From contig CM059433.1 in assembly GCA_030390025.1 (NCBI GenBank), forward strand, positions 19,470,001 to 19,534,000: a DNA stretch of 64,000 nt. Reading direction: 5' to 3'. The stretch is from Squalus acanthias. Its lineage: Eukaryota. Positions 25,450-38,890 of the stretch are shown piece by piece (position 1 is the first letter of the stretch; each line of letters begins with the position of its first letter). The position numbers were made by a program, and so were the translations under genes. The notes below the pieces were generated by a model. That model was not told where the DNA came from. It did not search any database and was given only the letters and a program-made list of their open reading frames with translations.

Positions 25450-27349
25450 GGGGGAAAAATTCTGAGACTGCTGAGACAGCTGTGAAAACCCCAGCCACGA
25501 TGGCAGCAGTCAGAGCTTGCGTGTCATCAAGCTGAGACTACATGAGAGCATCCTTTGCAGACTGGAAATGATGGGCTCCATTGTGTGCGCAGAGCCTTGT
25601 GCAATGTTGGAGGCAGACTCCTCCATGCTCCTTATCATTGCCGAGAGGCTCTCAGGCACCCTTGCCATTGCACCTATCATCTCTGTGTGCATGCCCATCA
25701 CCCTTCTTCTAAACGCTTCCCCATCGAGGTCCTCATCTGAGTCCAGTCGAGCAGAACTCATGCATGAACTCGTCCTCCGGGGAGCTGGCTCCTGAGCTAC
25801 CCTTTCCCCCTGGCCTTGCTGTAGCCCACTTGTGCCTGGTGCCTCACCCTGTGCAGATCCCGCTACTATACTAGCCTCTAAAGAACGCGTAGTGCCAGTA
25901 TCTGAGCTGGTACCTGCGGGTGAGACATGCAGTGTGCTCTTCCTTCTCCTCTTACATAAGAACATAAGAAATAGGAGCAAGAGTAGGCCATTCGGCCCCT
26001 CGAGCCTGCTCTGCCATTCAATAAGATCATGGCTGATTTTCTAACTCAACTTCACTTTCCTGCACTATCCCCATATCCCTTGATTCCCTTAATATCTAAA
26101 AATCTATCGATCTCTGTCTTGAATATATACTCAACGACTGAGCCTCCAGTCCCTGAGCCTGCAGCACTCTTCTCCCGCCTCGCTCACTATGGTGCTCTCA
26201 GGGACAGGCTGCTCAGGTGCTTGCTCAATATCTGAAAGCATAAAGGCACAAGAGTCGGGTTCAGGTGAGGGGAGGGGGGCAGGAAGGGAGAAATGCATGC
26301 ATACAGCATGATTAACTCGAATGTGCGAAACGCTTGTGGGGTGAGGGGAAGTGGGATGTGAGAGAAGGAGTAGGGATGAACATAATGTTGTTGTCCCCAA
26401 GAGGGTCAACGTCGCCGGTGGCCATGGCGCCCACCACCTGGCGCCCAATAATCTGCAGCACTCTATTTTCCAGCGCAGACAGTGGTTGGGTGTCGGCTTG
26501 TCCCCCGCCTCCTGCTCCTTCCTGTTGTGAGCCACTTTGACCTGCAAAAGAAAGGAAAATGTATCAGTGAGTGTGGAGCAATGTGTTTGGGTGATGTGCC
26601 TGCCACAGTTGAATAGCTGCCATTGTGTGTAAAGTGTGAGATGTGGGTGTGTGTGTTGGTAGGTAGAGATTGTTGGTGGGTGAGTGCTGGTGCTTTTGGT
26701 TAGTGTGTGCAGACTATGGTTCAGATGGTGGTATGTAGCATTTATTGAAGCATTCACTCACCCTGACCACCCGAATGAGGTTGTTAAGTTTCTTCCTGCA
26801 CTGTGTGGGGGTCCTGGGGACCACAGTGCTGCACTACCTCCCTCCACATGGTGAGGAAGACTTGCGACGAGGGCCTCCTGCCACTTGTTGGATAGAGCAT
26901 CGCCCTCTGTCTCTCCACAGCGGGCACCAACGCCTCCAATGCTTGATCGCAGAATCTGTGGGCTCTCTCCCTGGGGCATGGATCTGCCATGAACACAGCT
27001 GCTTCAGTCCTCAGACTCCTTCTCCTTGTCCTGCTGCTGCTTGCTGAGGCAGCTGCACAGCCAGCAATGCTGAGAATGAGGTTCTGCAGCATCAATGAAC
27101 TTCCCCTTTAAGAACTTGAAAACGCCTGTGGCAATCATGACTTGCGATTAGACTGTACCTGATATTGGTCCACCCTTTGAGTGTAACGCCTATGAGGTTG
27201 AGCTTGAAGACTTGAATTAGCACTCCAATCATTTCTTTGAGCAGTGAGCATGAATCTTGCGTGCAGTCAAAAGCATTAGCGCCTGGCGCTAATTCTCCAA
27301 CTTTTCTAATTATACCGCCCATTCCTGGGCTATAATGAATTTCTAGCCC
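25450..27349 (-). mobile_element. Harbinger derivative carrying only a Myb/SANT gene remnant
   Basis: TIRs GGGGGAAAAATTC / revcomp GGGCTAGAAATTC; TSD TTA/ATA (1 mismatch); MADPCPRERAHRFCDQALEALV from 26990, exon 2 VKVAHNRKEQ, exon 3 to about 25510. Confidence 0.8.
25952..26148 (-). mobile_element. CR1 3' end inserted in Harbinger exon 3
   Basis: CATAAGAACATAAGAAATAGGAGC tail, which is the reverse complement of the CR1 3' UTR seen at 2520-2626. Confidence 0.9.
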
Positions 27350-27716
27350 ATAGAGTGTTGCAGCATAGAAGGAGGCCATTCAGCCCATCGTGCCTGTGCG
27401 AGCTCTTTGAAAGAGCTATCCAATTAGTCCCATTCCCCTGTTCTTTCCCCATAGCCTAGCAATTTTCTCTCCTTCACTTATTTATCCATTTCCCTTTTGA
27501 AAGTTACTATTGAATCAGCTTCTACCCCTTTCAGGCAGTGAGTGCATTCCAGATCATAATAACTCGCTGCGTAAAAAAAAATGTCTCCTCATCTCACCTC
27601 TGGCTCTTCTGCCAATTACCTTAAATCTGTGTCCTCTGGTTACTGAACCTTCTGCCGGTGGAAACAGTTTCTCCTTATTTACTCTATCACAATCCTTCAT
27701 GATTTTGAACACCTAT
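27350..27716 (-). mobile_element. CR1-family 3' fragment (second subfamily)
   Basis: Homologous to 44843-45633; RT C-terminal and 3' UTR sequence on the minus strand. Confidence 0.8.
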
Positions 27717-27764
27717 GTTAAATAATAAAGATGTATCGGAATTATGCAAAACAGGAAAATCCTG

Positions 27765-28303
27765 GGGGGAAAAATTTGGTGACACCCCCTTTGGGGCACT
27801 ACTTTTGATGCCCCGAAAAAGTTAGCAACCCTGCGCCATAAATTGAGTGGTAGCACCCCAAGCAGGAGGCGGGGCACTATTGGAAGCGCTCCCCCTCCTT
27901 CCTGGGGCGCTACCACTGAATATCGCGGCGCTATGTGCAACAGCGCCACGCCCGTCGGCACATCGCGCCGCGGTATTGCAGGTCTCCCTCCCCGATTAAA
28001 AGGAAGGGGCCTAACGCTGCGCGCACCGGGGCCCTGCTGGACCACCGGGGAGCAGGGTGCCGGGAAAGCAGCCCAGGCACTCAAGAGGAGTGCCGGGCTG
28101 AGCGATCGCGGCCGGCACCCCGAATGTAAGAGGAGAAGGGGGCAGATGCTGGAAGGCGGCCAGAAAAAAATGGCCGCCAGACACCTGCCCCTTTAAATAC
28201 GGGAGGCATTAGCGGTGCTGCGCCCGGGTGCTAAGGGCTTTGCACCCTGTTACCGTCCCCCGGGGGCGCTAAAGGAGGCGCAAAGAAACCCAATTTTTCC
28301 CCC
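27765..28303. mobile_element. Harbinger-type CpG-rich MITE
   Basis: Perfect 12-bp TIR GGGGGAAAAATT; exact TSD CTG; interior homologous to 37079-37777 and 55902-56522. Confidence 0.88.
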
Positions 28304-28755
28304 CTGGTCTTCAGTTGTATTTGTTGAATACATTATCAGCTGGACACCTCATGTGTTGAGCATCAAAACAATTTGAAGCTAATTCCAGCAGTGTGAAATG
28401 GGCATCTCAGCACAGATGGATATTTAAGAACCATAATTGCTGGTTGTATGACTAAATAAAGAATAGTAAATGAGATACTGTTTCTATTTTGGTTTTGTTT
28501 AATAAAATGCCGTACACTTGTGCTTGAAAGGATTTTGCAGTCAATTTTATTTTAAAAAGGTCAAAAACTCATGGGGGGCAATTTTTGTTTCGCTACCACC
28601 CCATTTGTGCTTCAAAAACAAGACGATAGCACACCCAAATTAACACAACTGGTTGAAGCTCTAACTTACCACCGTGTTGCCAGCTGTCCTGATTTTCAGG
28701 TGGTTTTCTAGCCAGGCAACCGGAGCTCCTGTCTGAAACAGGCAGGAGCCTCATA

Positions 28756-30155
28756 GGAAACCAGGGAATTATGGACCAGTTAGCCTAACTTCTGTTGTCA
28801 GGAAATTGCTAGAGTCTATAATTAAGGGTACGGGTGACTGAACACCTCGAAAATTTTCAGTTGATCAGAGAGTGAAAGGTAGGTCATGCCTGACAAACCT
28901 GATTGAATTTTTTGAGGAGGTGACTAAAGTAGTGGACAGGGGAATGTCTATAGATGTTACTTATATGGACTTCCAGAATGCATTTGATAAATTCCCACAT
29001 AAGAGACTATTAACTGAGGTAGAAGTCCACGGAATTGAGGGCAAATTATTGACCTGGTTAGGAAATTGGCTGAGCAGCAGGAGACAGGCAGTAGGGATAA
29101 TGGGTCGGTACTCAAATTGGCAGGAGGTGACTAGTGGTGTCCTGCAGGATCTGTGTTGGGGCCTCAACTATTCATAATATTTATTAACGATTTAGATGAT
29201 GGAGTCATACATCCAAAGTCATATATCCAAATTTGCCGATGACACAAAGATAGGTGGCATTGTAGGCAGTGTAGATGGAAGCATAAAATTACAAATGGAT
29301 ATCGACAGATTAAGTGAATAGGCAAAACTGTGGCAAATGGATTTCAATGTAGGCAAATGTGAGGTCATCCACTTTGGACCTAAAAAGGATAGAACAGGGT
29401 ACTTTCTAAATGGTGAAAGGCTAAAAACAGTGGAGGTCCAAAGAGACTTGAGGGTCCAGGTACATAGATCATTAAAATGTCATGAACAGGTACAGAAAAT
29501 AATCAAAAAGGCTAATGGATGCTGGCCTTTATATCTAGAGGACTAGAATACAAGGGGGTAGAAGTTATGCTGCAACTATAAAAAAAAACCCTGGTTAGAC
29601 CACACCTGGAGTACTGTGAGCAGTTCTGGGCACCACACCTTAGGAAGGATATATTGGCCTTGGAGGGAGTGCAGCGTAGGTTTACTAGAATGATACCCAG
29701 ACTTCAAGGGTTAAATTACAAGGAGAGATTACACAAATTAGGGTTATATTCCCCAGAATTTAGAAGGTTAAGGGATGATCTGATCGAAGATTTCAAGATA
29801 TTAAGGGAACAGATAGGGTAGATAGAGAGAAACTATTTCCACTGGTTGGGGATTCTAGGACTGGGAGGGGGGGATAGCCTAAAAGTTAGAGCCAGACCTT
29901 TCAGGAGTGAAATTAGGAAACACTTCTATACACAAACGATGGTAGAGGTTTGGAACTCTCTTCCGCAAACGGCAATTGATACGAGATCAATTGTTAATTT
30001 TAAATCAGAGATTGATAGCTTTCTCTTAACCAATGGTATTAAGGATATGGGCCAAAGGTGGGTATATGGAGTTAGGTCACAGATCAGCCATGATCTCATC
30101 GAATGGCGGAGCAGGCTCGAGGGGCTGAATGGCCTACTCCTGTTCCTATGTTCCT
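28756..30155 (+). mobile_element. CR1 LINE, 5'-truncated ORF2 RT, frameshifted
   Basis: GRSCLTNLIEFFEEVT, YMDFQNAFD, FADDTK, LVRPHLEYC and WNSLP motifs; flanked by direct repeat GAGCCTCATA (28746-28755 and 30162-30171). Confidence 0.93.
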
Positions 30156-31157
30156 GGAGGAGAGCCTCATACATATATGCAAGTCGAAGTCACCCCCCCA
30201 TCCCGATTATTGTGCAACACCAAAATCGCCCCAACCCTCACCCCATGATAATACACAGGAATTGTCTTCTAAACTGGGCTCATTAAGACAGTCAGGCAGG
30301 TTAGGGTTGCACCATTTAAGAGACTTATATAAAATGTTTGTTAGATATGGGAACTGACTTTACATTTGTGAGACAATTGTAAGGAACTGAGGTCAACAGA
30401 CCTACATTGTAACTGATCTAGCAATGCTTAATACTGCCATAAATGTAAAATTCAGATAAAAAGTTGCTCCATTTAGAAACCTCACTAATAGAAAATATTT
30501 TCACTCAGATCGTTAGCAATTGAGTTCCATAGACAGTTGGCACGCACGCATCCAAATTATGCACTTCAAAGTGCATATGCTGGTGTTATCCATCACAGCT
30601 ATGCACTCCAGGAGATTTTCTTGTCAATGTTTGCACTCTGCACAGTACGTTGACTGACTAACCATATAATTGGAAGTTGTAGTGTTCTTCATCTCCATAA
30701 AACACTGCTACTTTTGGAAGTCGAACTATTTTAATAATCTGGTCTGCATTGTAGAGAATTTCACAACTCTGTCACATAATAATTCTTCATGTCCATCCCA
30801 AACAATAACAGCAATATTCCACATGTCAGTGCTGTGAACAGGGCAAGCAACAGCTTCAGGTAGTAACGTTTGCATACAAAACATCCCAACAGGCTTGACA
30901 GAGTAGAAATGGGTACCAATCAGCAAAGGAAGAGTTAAGATAGATGTCTGAAACCAGGGTCAAAAGGATAGTTTTTCAGGAGGCTTTTTAGGTGGAGAGG
31001 TTTAAAGTGGTTTCAGAGTGCTGAGCCAACATGGGCCAAAGAGCACAAGCTGGGACGTGGGAATGGAGAAGATTGATGCGGTAGGGTGGGGTGAGGCGTT
31101 GGAGGGACTTGTGAATGAGGCTGAAAGATTTTGAATTCAGTGAGGGAACCAATGGAA

Positions 31158-31295
31158 GTCATGATGCGGAGATGCCGGTGTTGGACTGGGGTGGACGAAA
31201 GTGAGAAGTCGCACAACACCAGGTTATAGTCCAACAGTTTTATTTGAAATCACAAGCTTTCGGAGCTGCTGCTCCTTCGTCAGGTGAAGTGAAGG
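31158..31295 (-). mobile_element. Penelope-like terminal fragment
   Basis: Minus strand reads hammerhead core, then AATAAA, then CTGTTGGACTATAACCTGGTGTTGTG; family assignment from memory of shark repeats. Confidence 0.6.
31250..31287 (-). ncRNA. Minimal type I hammerhead ribozyme motif
   Basis: TCAC-CTGACGA-A-GGAGC-AGCA-GCTCC-GAAAGCTT-GTGA: 4-bp stem I, CUGANGA core, 5-bp stem II, GAAA, and palindromic AAGCTT in place of stem III. Confidence 0.65.
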
Positions 31296-32711
31296 AATAC
31301 GAATCGGCAAAGCATATATAGACAGAGAACAATGCCTGTGCAGCGTACAATGTCAGACGACTACAGTTAATCTTTCTGACTGCCTTTTATCACACCTCAA
31401 TGGAAGTCAGCAAGGATATCGTGATGGGTGAATGGGACTTGAGGAAGGACAGGATGCAGAGACCGAGTTTTGAAAGAGTTGGAGTTTGTGTAGTGTGGAG
31501 CTCAGGAGAGCTTTGGAGAAGCCAAGTCTGGGAGTAATGAAACCTTAAAACACTATTAATCAAACAATATTCTTATTTAACATTCTATTACAGTACATGC
31601 ATTTTTGTAAAAATAGGTTCTATTTATTCACAAATACTATATAAAATGGAATGAAGACTACTTTACTGATATAAGCAGATCAGTGAAAAGCTATTTGGTT
31701 TGATTCGAATCAGAGAAATTATTTCTCTCATGTAAATGTAGCTGTTAATTTCTTTTCCAATCAATCCATTTGGAATAATTAACTACAATAATGCGAAGCA
31801 AAGAGATTTGTTACACTGAATCATGCTCTCTTAGTTTGTTGGGAGTAATAAATTCAGCTTCAAATCTATCTTAGAGCACTGTTGGAATATGCCATTTCAA
31901 AATTCAGAAATTCCAGTATAACTGAAGTTAATTTGATCTTTCCCCATCTCCTAAGTAACTGGCTCAACTGATGTCTTCAGTTCGCTGGCAAAACACTCAG
32001 TGTCATGTTAAACCAACATTAGAATACAAGAATGACATTCATGTATTCATGAATTAATGAATCTCACTGAGTAGATTTAACACCTAAATTGCTATTTACT
32101 GCATTGCATCAAGTTCGTGTAAAAATTACCAACATTCTGAAGATAGTTGCCATGTTGTTAAAAATGAAGACGTTCCCCGATAAGAAAACAACCACTTAAT
32201 GGAAACTTAGGCAGTTGAATAATGTATGACAGAATTGAGGTATTTCCTCTCAGAGAGGCAGGAAAAAAATCATAGGATTGGAACCCCCGACTGCCTTGTG
32301 AGCTGGAAAGACATTGTACAGATACCAAATGACTTCATAAAACGTTCACATCGTCTTTTAAATTAATAAAAATATAACAAACTACTCATAAATTAGGAAC
32401 TTCACACATGTGGTTAGCCAGTCATTGAGAGCTCAAAATATAGTTGGTAATGTAATATCGAAATATATGTATTAAATGTTTTAAATCTGCATGAACTTTC
32501 TGTCTACACAACTTGACATCCTGTTGTCATGCTTTTGTCATAGTTTTTGTGTCAATTTTTTGCTGTTATAATTTCCTATCTCCACATTCATAATGAGTTT
32601 TGCATATGTAAGCTCATCACTCTGAACGTGCAATCTGACCAACAGGTTTCCACTGTCACTTAAAATTGAAAGGATTCGCAAAATTTCATGTGTTCCCCCC
32701 CCGAAGATGTT

Positions 32712-33648
32712 TGTTGTTGGACTTATTAATAAAGAAACCCTGGTCAGACTGAGTTTTAAAATCCAGGGCATAAAATGGCCGCGGTCGGACCTCGTGTCAG
32801 CTTGTGTATTCCGATGTCTGCAACAGGACAGGACCTTTCCTTATGCATTACAATCAGGTCTATGCATAAGGCTTTCAAGGTGTTTGCTCAAGTAATCGGC
32901 GGGGACATTGAGACGGCGCTGGGCCCATCAACGGAACTGTTCTGGACAATCATCCAACCTGTCGAACAATAGGGTGGCAGTTGAAGAACTGGTATCACAC
33001 CATTACCGGCCATCTAACATGATGGGCCGAGACCAGTACCTTTTGTTAAAATTCATCATGCCCAGATCAGACAATACAAATGAGCTGATCGGTAGGAAGA
33101 TTAGAGCGACCGGAGGGGGTATAACTGGGAAGACCCAGCCATTTTTCTCTCTCTCTGCCTGGACCCTCGGTTCGCTCTGTCTGCCAGCAGCTAACAAAGA
33201 AGACTACCAGAAACTTCGGAGCCACGTGTCAACGGCAGAAACAGAGCACAGGGCCAGGTTTTTCCATCCATTTCACCGGTGAGCATTATCTTTCTTCTGG
33301 CTGTCGCAAGACAATTCTAGTTAGGCATAAGGGTGGGGATTAATGGGGATATTGCTAAAACTGTAATTTTAGGATTTTCCCTCGATGTGTCCGTTCTCTT
33401 CCCATGCTAAGTGTAAAACCGTTTTCATATGATACTGTTTCTCTGTAGTTTTACTTCTGTAAATAAACATTGGGTTTCCTCGCACCAATCCACGAGTCTG
33501 TTCGTTTGTCCTTATCGCCGCTCGATAAGTCCTGGGCTCTGAACTAATAATAAGGGGTAGCGATTCGCAACTGCATAGCGGGCGCAGGACAGTCCAGGAA
33601 AACATAACTGGCTGACCTACAAATAAGCCCGAGACAAAAACCCCTTAC
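32712..33648 (+). mobile_element. Possible solo LTR
   Basis: Starts TGTTG and ends TTACA; TATA-like GGTATAA near 33118; AATAAA near 33462; more CpG than the AT-rich flanks; TSD only approximate (ATGTT/ATGCT). Confidence 0.45.
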
Positions 33649-34778
33649 AAATGCTTTCTGAAAACGTTTTCATCCACCGTGTTTTTCACAATAACTGAAA
33701 GTTTTCATGTCCGAATAAGGGTTAAAATAAAACATTTAACAATTCTAAAAATGACATATTTCACAATAACTTGATTATTTTATATTGAATTATCTTTTAA
33801 TGCCTTTTTTAAAATTTGTATTTGAAGGCCCCAGCTTGATATTTTCACCCAGATCTGTGATGCTGTGGGCTTAATTTGGATTGTGCAGTCTGAGCATGTG
33901 CCGTCTACCTACTTCCCCAGGAGGTATCAGTACCATTTCGTCAGCTGTGCTGATGGAATAATTTTCAGAAGCTTCTAACACTTTTCACTCAGTCGTCTTT
34001 CTTCAAACAGATCCTTCAAAAAACAGTCTTAATATAGCTTTCCATAGTGCCCCTGTGGGCAACTTCAAGGACTCTGCTTTGCGCTGAAAAAACCCAAGAG
34101 GACACATTTCAAAAACTTGACCACTATGGGAATTATTAGCTAATAACCCACGTTACACTATTCCTTAGTGCTCGCTGTTAGTGCTCCAAAACGCTGCACC
34201 CTTTTGATGTATTTTCAGCTATTTATTTGCTCTTCCATTTTAGGTCTACCAGCACCACACATTCTCTGACTTATAAGGCAGGGAGGTAACCAGGTCCCAG
34301 GCCCATGCCAATACTGTTATGAGGTCCACTAGTTAAGACTGGATCATCTGGCCTTTGATTTTTCTTGTGTAACCTTTGCTTTCTACCCACCCGTCATGGC
34401 ATAGCCAAACCCAGGAAGTTAGATTGTAGGTGCAAACCATGACCCCATTTACTGGAGCACCAATGCACTGTGTAAGATTTGGATCACAGGTCACACACAG
34501 ATTACCCAAAGGGCCTTAGGAGTTTGTAAGGCTTTTTATTAAAGAGCTACAGTTTAAAGCATAATCAGATATTACATGTGGTTAAGATAAGTATAATAGA
34601 CATACAACCCGTGACAGTAGAGAGCGATCTACGACCCCCGTCATTTGACCTTGCTGACATTCCTGCTATCCGTTCCCGGCTGCATTTCAGTTTGTTGTCA
34701 GTCTCTGTTCTAAGAATTAAAAACCCATCTTTGAATCTAACAGCTATTTCTTACAACTGCTCTGTTTGCAATATTTAC

Positions 34779-35190
34779 TAAGAACATAAGAAATAGGAGC
34801 AGGTGTGCCATTTGGCCCCTCGAGCCTGCTCCGCCATTCAATAAGATCATGGCTGATCTTCTACCTCATTTCCACTTTCCTGCACCATCCCCATATCCCT
34901 TGATTCCCTTAATATTCAAAAATCTATCGATCTCTGTCTTGAATATACTCAACGACTGAGCCTCCACATCTCTCATTCTTCTAAACTCCAGAGAATATAT
35001 GCCTAGTCTACTCGATCGCTCCTCATAGGACAATCCCCCCATCCCAGGAACCAGTCTGGTGAAACATAATTGCACTCCCTCCATGGCAAGTATATCGTTC
35101 CTCAGGTAAGGAGACCAAAACTGTACACAACACACCAGGTGTGGTCTCACCAGGGCCCTATATAATTGCAGTAAGACGTCTTTACTTATC
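34779..35190 (-). mobile_element. CR1 3' fragment with internal deletion
   Basis: LYRALVRPHLVCCVQFWSPYLR...EFRRMRD joined directly to VEAQSLSIFK; TTCTTATG tail. Confidence 0.92.
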
Positions 35191-35654
35191 TTATTTATAT
35201 ACTCATTAAAGCAAGAGGAAATATCCACAAAGACAGCACTAATGCACTACAGACTTATCAGCATAATAGTTACATTTTCATTTGCACTTGCTGTGAGCAC
35301 AAGGGAAAATCAACTTTTTGTCGATACACAAGAATTCTGCAACAGGCTCTTTTAATGGAACCGACAGGGCCACTCTCTTTGATTTGCTTCATGGTTAAAC
35401 GTAAATCATTGCTGTTTTTTTTTCCATTTGTCAATTGAGTTAGAATGTGTAATGTACTGTATCTTTTATAAGATACATACTAGTCGATCTCCTGTGGCAT
35501 TTCACACGGAGAGTCAAGACCATGTGTAGTCTTCAGGTGAAGGACATTGAGAATTGGATTGGGTACATAGAAATAATCTAGTCATGCTGTGCTTCAACAT
35601 GCCCACCTGGAGGTCCTGCTGCACCAGCCACAGGTGGGAGGGTGTAATTACAAC

Positions 35655-36975
35655 GGGGGCGATTTTCCCACTGGAGGCGAGATGGAGGCGGGTTTCAGTT
35701 TGGGTGGGTTTGAAACTCGCCTCCACTGATAGGTTTCAAAAATTTGCGATTTTCCCATGATTGTCCACTTGTTTTCAGAGGTGTGGGATGCCCTTGCTCA
35801 ATTAGTGTTTTGGGACTGAAACTTGCCTCTGTTGACAGCACTTTTCCAGTCTGATTTTATGGCTTCTTGCTCCCTTGGCTCATTCCACAGCATTTCTGCA
35901 TCTCCTGCACCACCTCCAACATCTTTTGAGAAACCACTATGTCCAATTCCAAGGCAAGGGCCGACCTGAGGCTCTCAGATGAGGCGCTGCAAATGTTGTT
36001 TGAGGGGGTGATAGCTAGCATGGAGGTCCTCTTCCAATCATCTCGGAGGAAGAGGCCTGCCAAAGAAACCAAGGCTGTGAGGGATATAACCTCCAGATCT
36101 GTGTGCAGATTGGGAGTCTGTTTCTGTGTATTGGTGAAATGCCATCCCTGTTGGAAAGCATTAAAATGATTTGAAGCCAAAATGTTGGCGTTGTGCCATC
36201 TGTTCTTTCACCTTAGGCAGCTTCACATTGCGGGCACCGCCACACTTGCGGTGTCTGGTTGGTGGCCTAAGTGAAAGGAGGCCAGAGAGTCATGTCCATT
36301 GTCAATGATGTCCTAGGATGGAGCCAAGGACATGTGCAAACTTGGGCAACCTATGCAAATCTGGCCATGATAAGTTCATCTCTTGCATCCTGGGCTCTGA
36401 CCTCCTCCTCCCCCAGATTCTCCTCCTCCTCCTCCGAGGTCCATGCAGAAAGAAATTGAATGGTTCCCATGCTGCTTGTAGATGCCTCCTTTAGGGAAGT
36501 GCTCATTGCAAGCGGGGAGAGGGTTTTCCAAGGAGGTCCCACAGTTGATGGAGTCAAGCTGCAGCACCTCTGACTTCGGAAGGCCTTCTAAAAGTGCTCA
36601 GAGACCTTTTAAAGCCAAGGTCTGGCACATGCAAGTAATCCTTGCTGCAATAAATGAGGTCTTGTTAGACCTGTAGCAGTGAGGAGGACACCCACAAGTC
36701 AACCCACCAGGTTTACCTGGCGTGGTTTAGGAGGTGTGTGGATCACGCCGAAAAGCTGGAAAAATCACGAGGGCCTCTCAAAATAGGCTTAGAGAGGCCC
36801 TTAACGAGCATTTAAGGAAGTTACTTAGCGCAATGGCCAGCTGGAGGTGGGAGCGCTTCCCGACCTCCAAAACCAAAACCGGCAAAATCCCACGGAAGCG
36901 GGTTGGAGGCGGGTTCCAAACCCGACCTCTTTGAATCTAATTTTCCCGCCTTTCCCACGTCCGAAAATCGCCCCC
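35655..36975. mobile_element. Harbinger internal-deletion derivative
   Basis: Perfect 13-bp TIR GGGGGCGATTTTC; exact TSD AAC; Myb N-terminus (+, 35939, LSDEALQMLFEGV) and transposase C-terminus (-, DARDELIMARFA*). Confidence 0.88.
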
Positions 36976-37078
36976 AACATGACAAGATTAAATAGGCAGA
37001 TTCCATTATAATATAAGAGTTTAAATACATTATAGATAGATAGATTTGGTTCCTTAAATATATTATACAAAAGTCTAT

Positions 37079-37777
37079 GGGGGAAAAAGTTGGCTAGCGA
37101 CCATTTTTGGTCGCTAACATCGCCTGGGCGCTAAATTTAGCGCCCGGCGAAAAACAGCGCCGGCGATCGGTAAATTCAGTTTTAGCACCCCAAGAGCGAG
37201 GTGGAGCTCTTACAGCGCTAACCCCGAGTATCGGGGCGGTGCGTTCTGCAGCGCTACGCACTGGGCCACGTAGCGCTGCCGCATGGAAGGGCTCTTCCCC
37301 TCATTAAAGGGGAGGGCCCAAGCCCACAACTCTGCGGGGCCCTACCTGGACCACCGGGGAGCGGGGTGCCGTGCCAGCAGCCCGGCATTCAAGAGGAGCG
37401 CCGGGCTGCCAGATCGCGGTACGGACCCCACGTTCAAAGACGCAAGAGGCCGCGACAAGTCGGCCGATTATTTTTCCCCGCCCACCACCTCCCCTTTACT
37501 TATTGCTCCGCGAGCCTCCTGCCGCTGTCATCGCCCGGCGCGGATTCAGGGGATGCAGGCCAATTTTGCAGGTGGGGCGAAAACGGGGCGCTGTGCACAG
37601 TGATGACGTCGTCATCGCCTGTGCAGCAGAGTGGGGCGCTATCAGTTACCGCCGCCGCTAAACTCCCGGTGAATTTAGCGGGAGTCGTTAGCGGTGCTGC
37701 GCCTGGGCGCCCCGTTAGCGCCCTCTGTGGGGGGGGGGTCGGTAACAAGAGATGCAAGTGCACCGAATTTCTAGCCC
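37079..37777. mobile_element. Harbinger-type CpG-rich MITE
   Basis: TIRs GGGGGAAAAAGTT / revcomp GGGCTAGAAATT; exact TSD TAT; many GGCGCT/AGCGCC motifs. Confidence 0.85.
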
Positions 37778-38890
37778 TATGAGGTTTAAATTACACTGTG
37801 TGATATTGATAACACATTGGTTCATACACATCTGTAAAATTTCTTTGTTCATTATTTTAACAAAATTGTTAAGCCCTTTAAGTAATGGGTTAGTATAGCA
37901 AGCAGGAATATCTCACAAATACATAAACTAATATTGTACAAATATCATACAGCGGAATTTCAACCTTATTTTTCCAAAAGTTGACGTTCTCTTTTTTTAA
38001 GACAAAATCTCCCTTTCTCCTTTCTTGAGTCTCTCTGTAGCATTCACCATGTCTAGTGGAGAAGATGCTAGAGTAATTTCCCCAGAGTTACACCAATATT
38101 GCTCTGGAATTGGGCACCAGCAGATGTGCGAGAGTAGCACAGATGATTATCCCTCTAAGTTTCCATGGGAAAGTCTCTGATTCCCACTTGGTACCTGGAC
38201 ATGGAAACAGAAGTGAAATTAAGAATTCAGTGTTGGCAGGATTGTCGGTACATCGAATCATTTCATGGCACTGTGGCACAGTGCTCCAGTGCACTGTATC
38301 ATTGAGCCACCCAGTAAACTATATAGGGCAGATTCTATGAATAATGGTTTCAAAATCCTGTGGGATTTCCGTGCTCAAATTCTTAATATGTGCTTTGAGT
38401 GTGCAAACCTCTTGCCCAAGGGTCCAATGTGATTTTGGCTGAGTCCCTGAAGTTCTGCTGCTGCCTTCCCCACCCTGAGCCTCTGATGAGCCAACTGCCC
38501 GCCAGCTACTTTGGTACAGTTGCTTAACATTCCCTTCATTCCTCCTTTTCTATACCTCAGTCATTGACCTACTCTAGATCAGTTGAGAAGAATGTGGAAG
38601 CATTGTACTCCAATATATTTACATGTGCAAATCATTAGGGTCCATTTCTACAACAAACTATGCACAAAAGCCTGACAGTGGAAGGAAATAAAACAACTGC
38701 GTCAATAACCCTTTTTAAAATTAGCAGCTCACTAATGGTGAGCAACAATTTTGGGATTGTTTTTGATAACTCAATTAAGTGTGAAGTATTTGAACATTTG
38801 CCTATAATTGCACAGGGCAAACGAATTGGGCTTGAAATAATAAATAACATTTGAATTTATATAACAACTAATCACATCAATATGACTTAA

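Noticed and set aside
25952..34967. Two CR1 copies both breaking at GAGCCTCCA
   Set aside because: Only two cases, one a truncation and one an internal deletion; coincidence or microhomology is sufficient.
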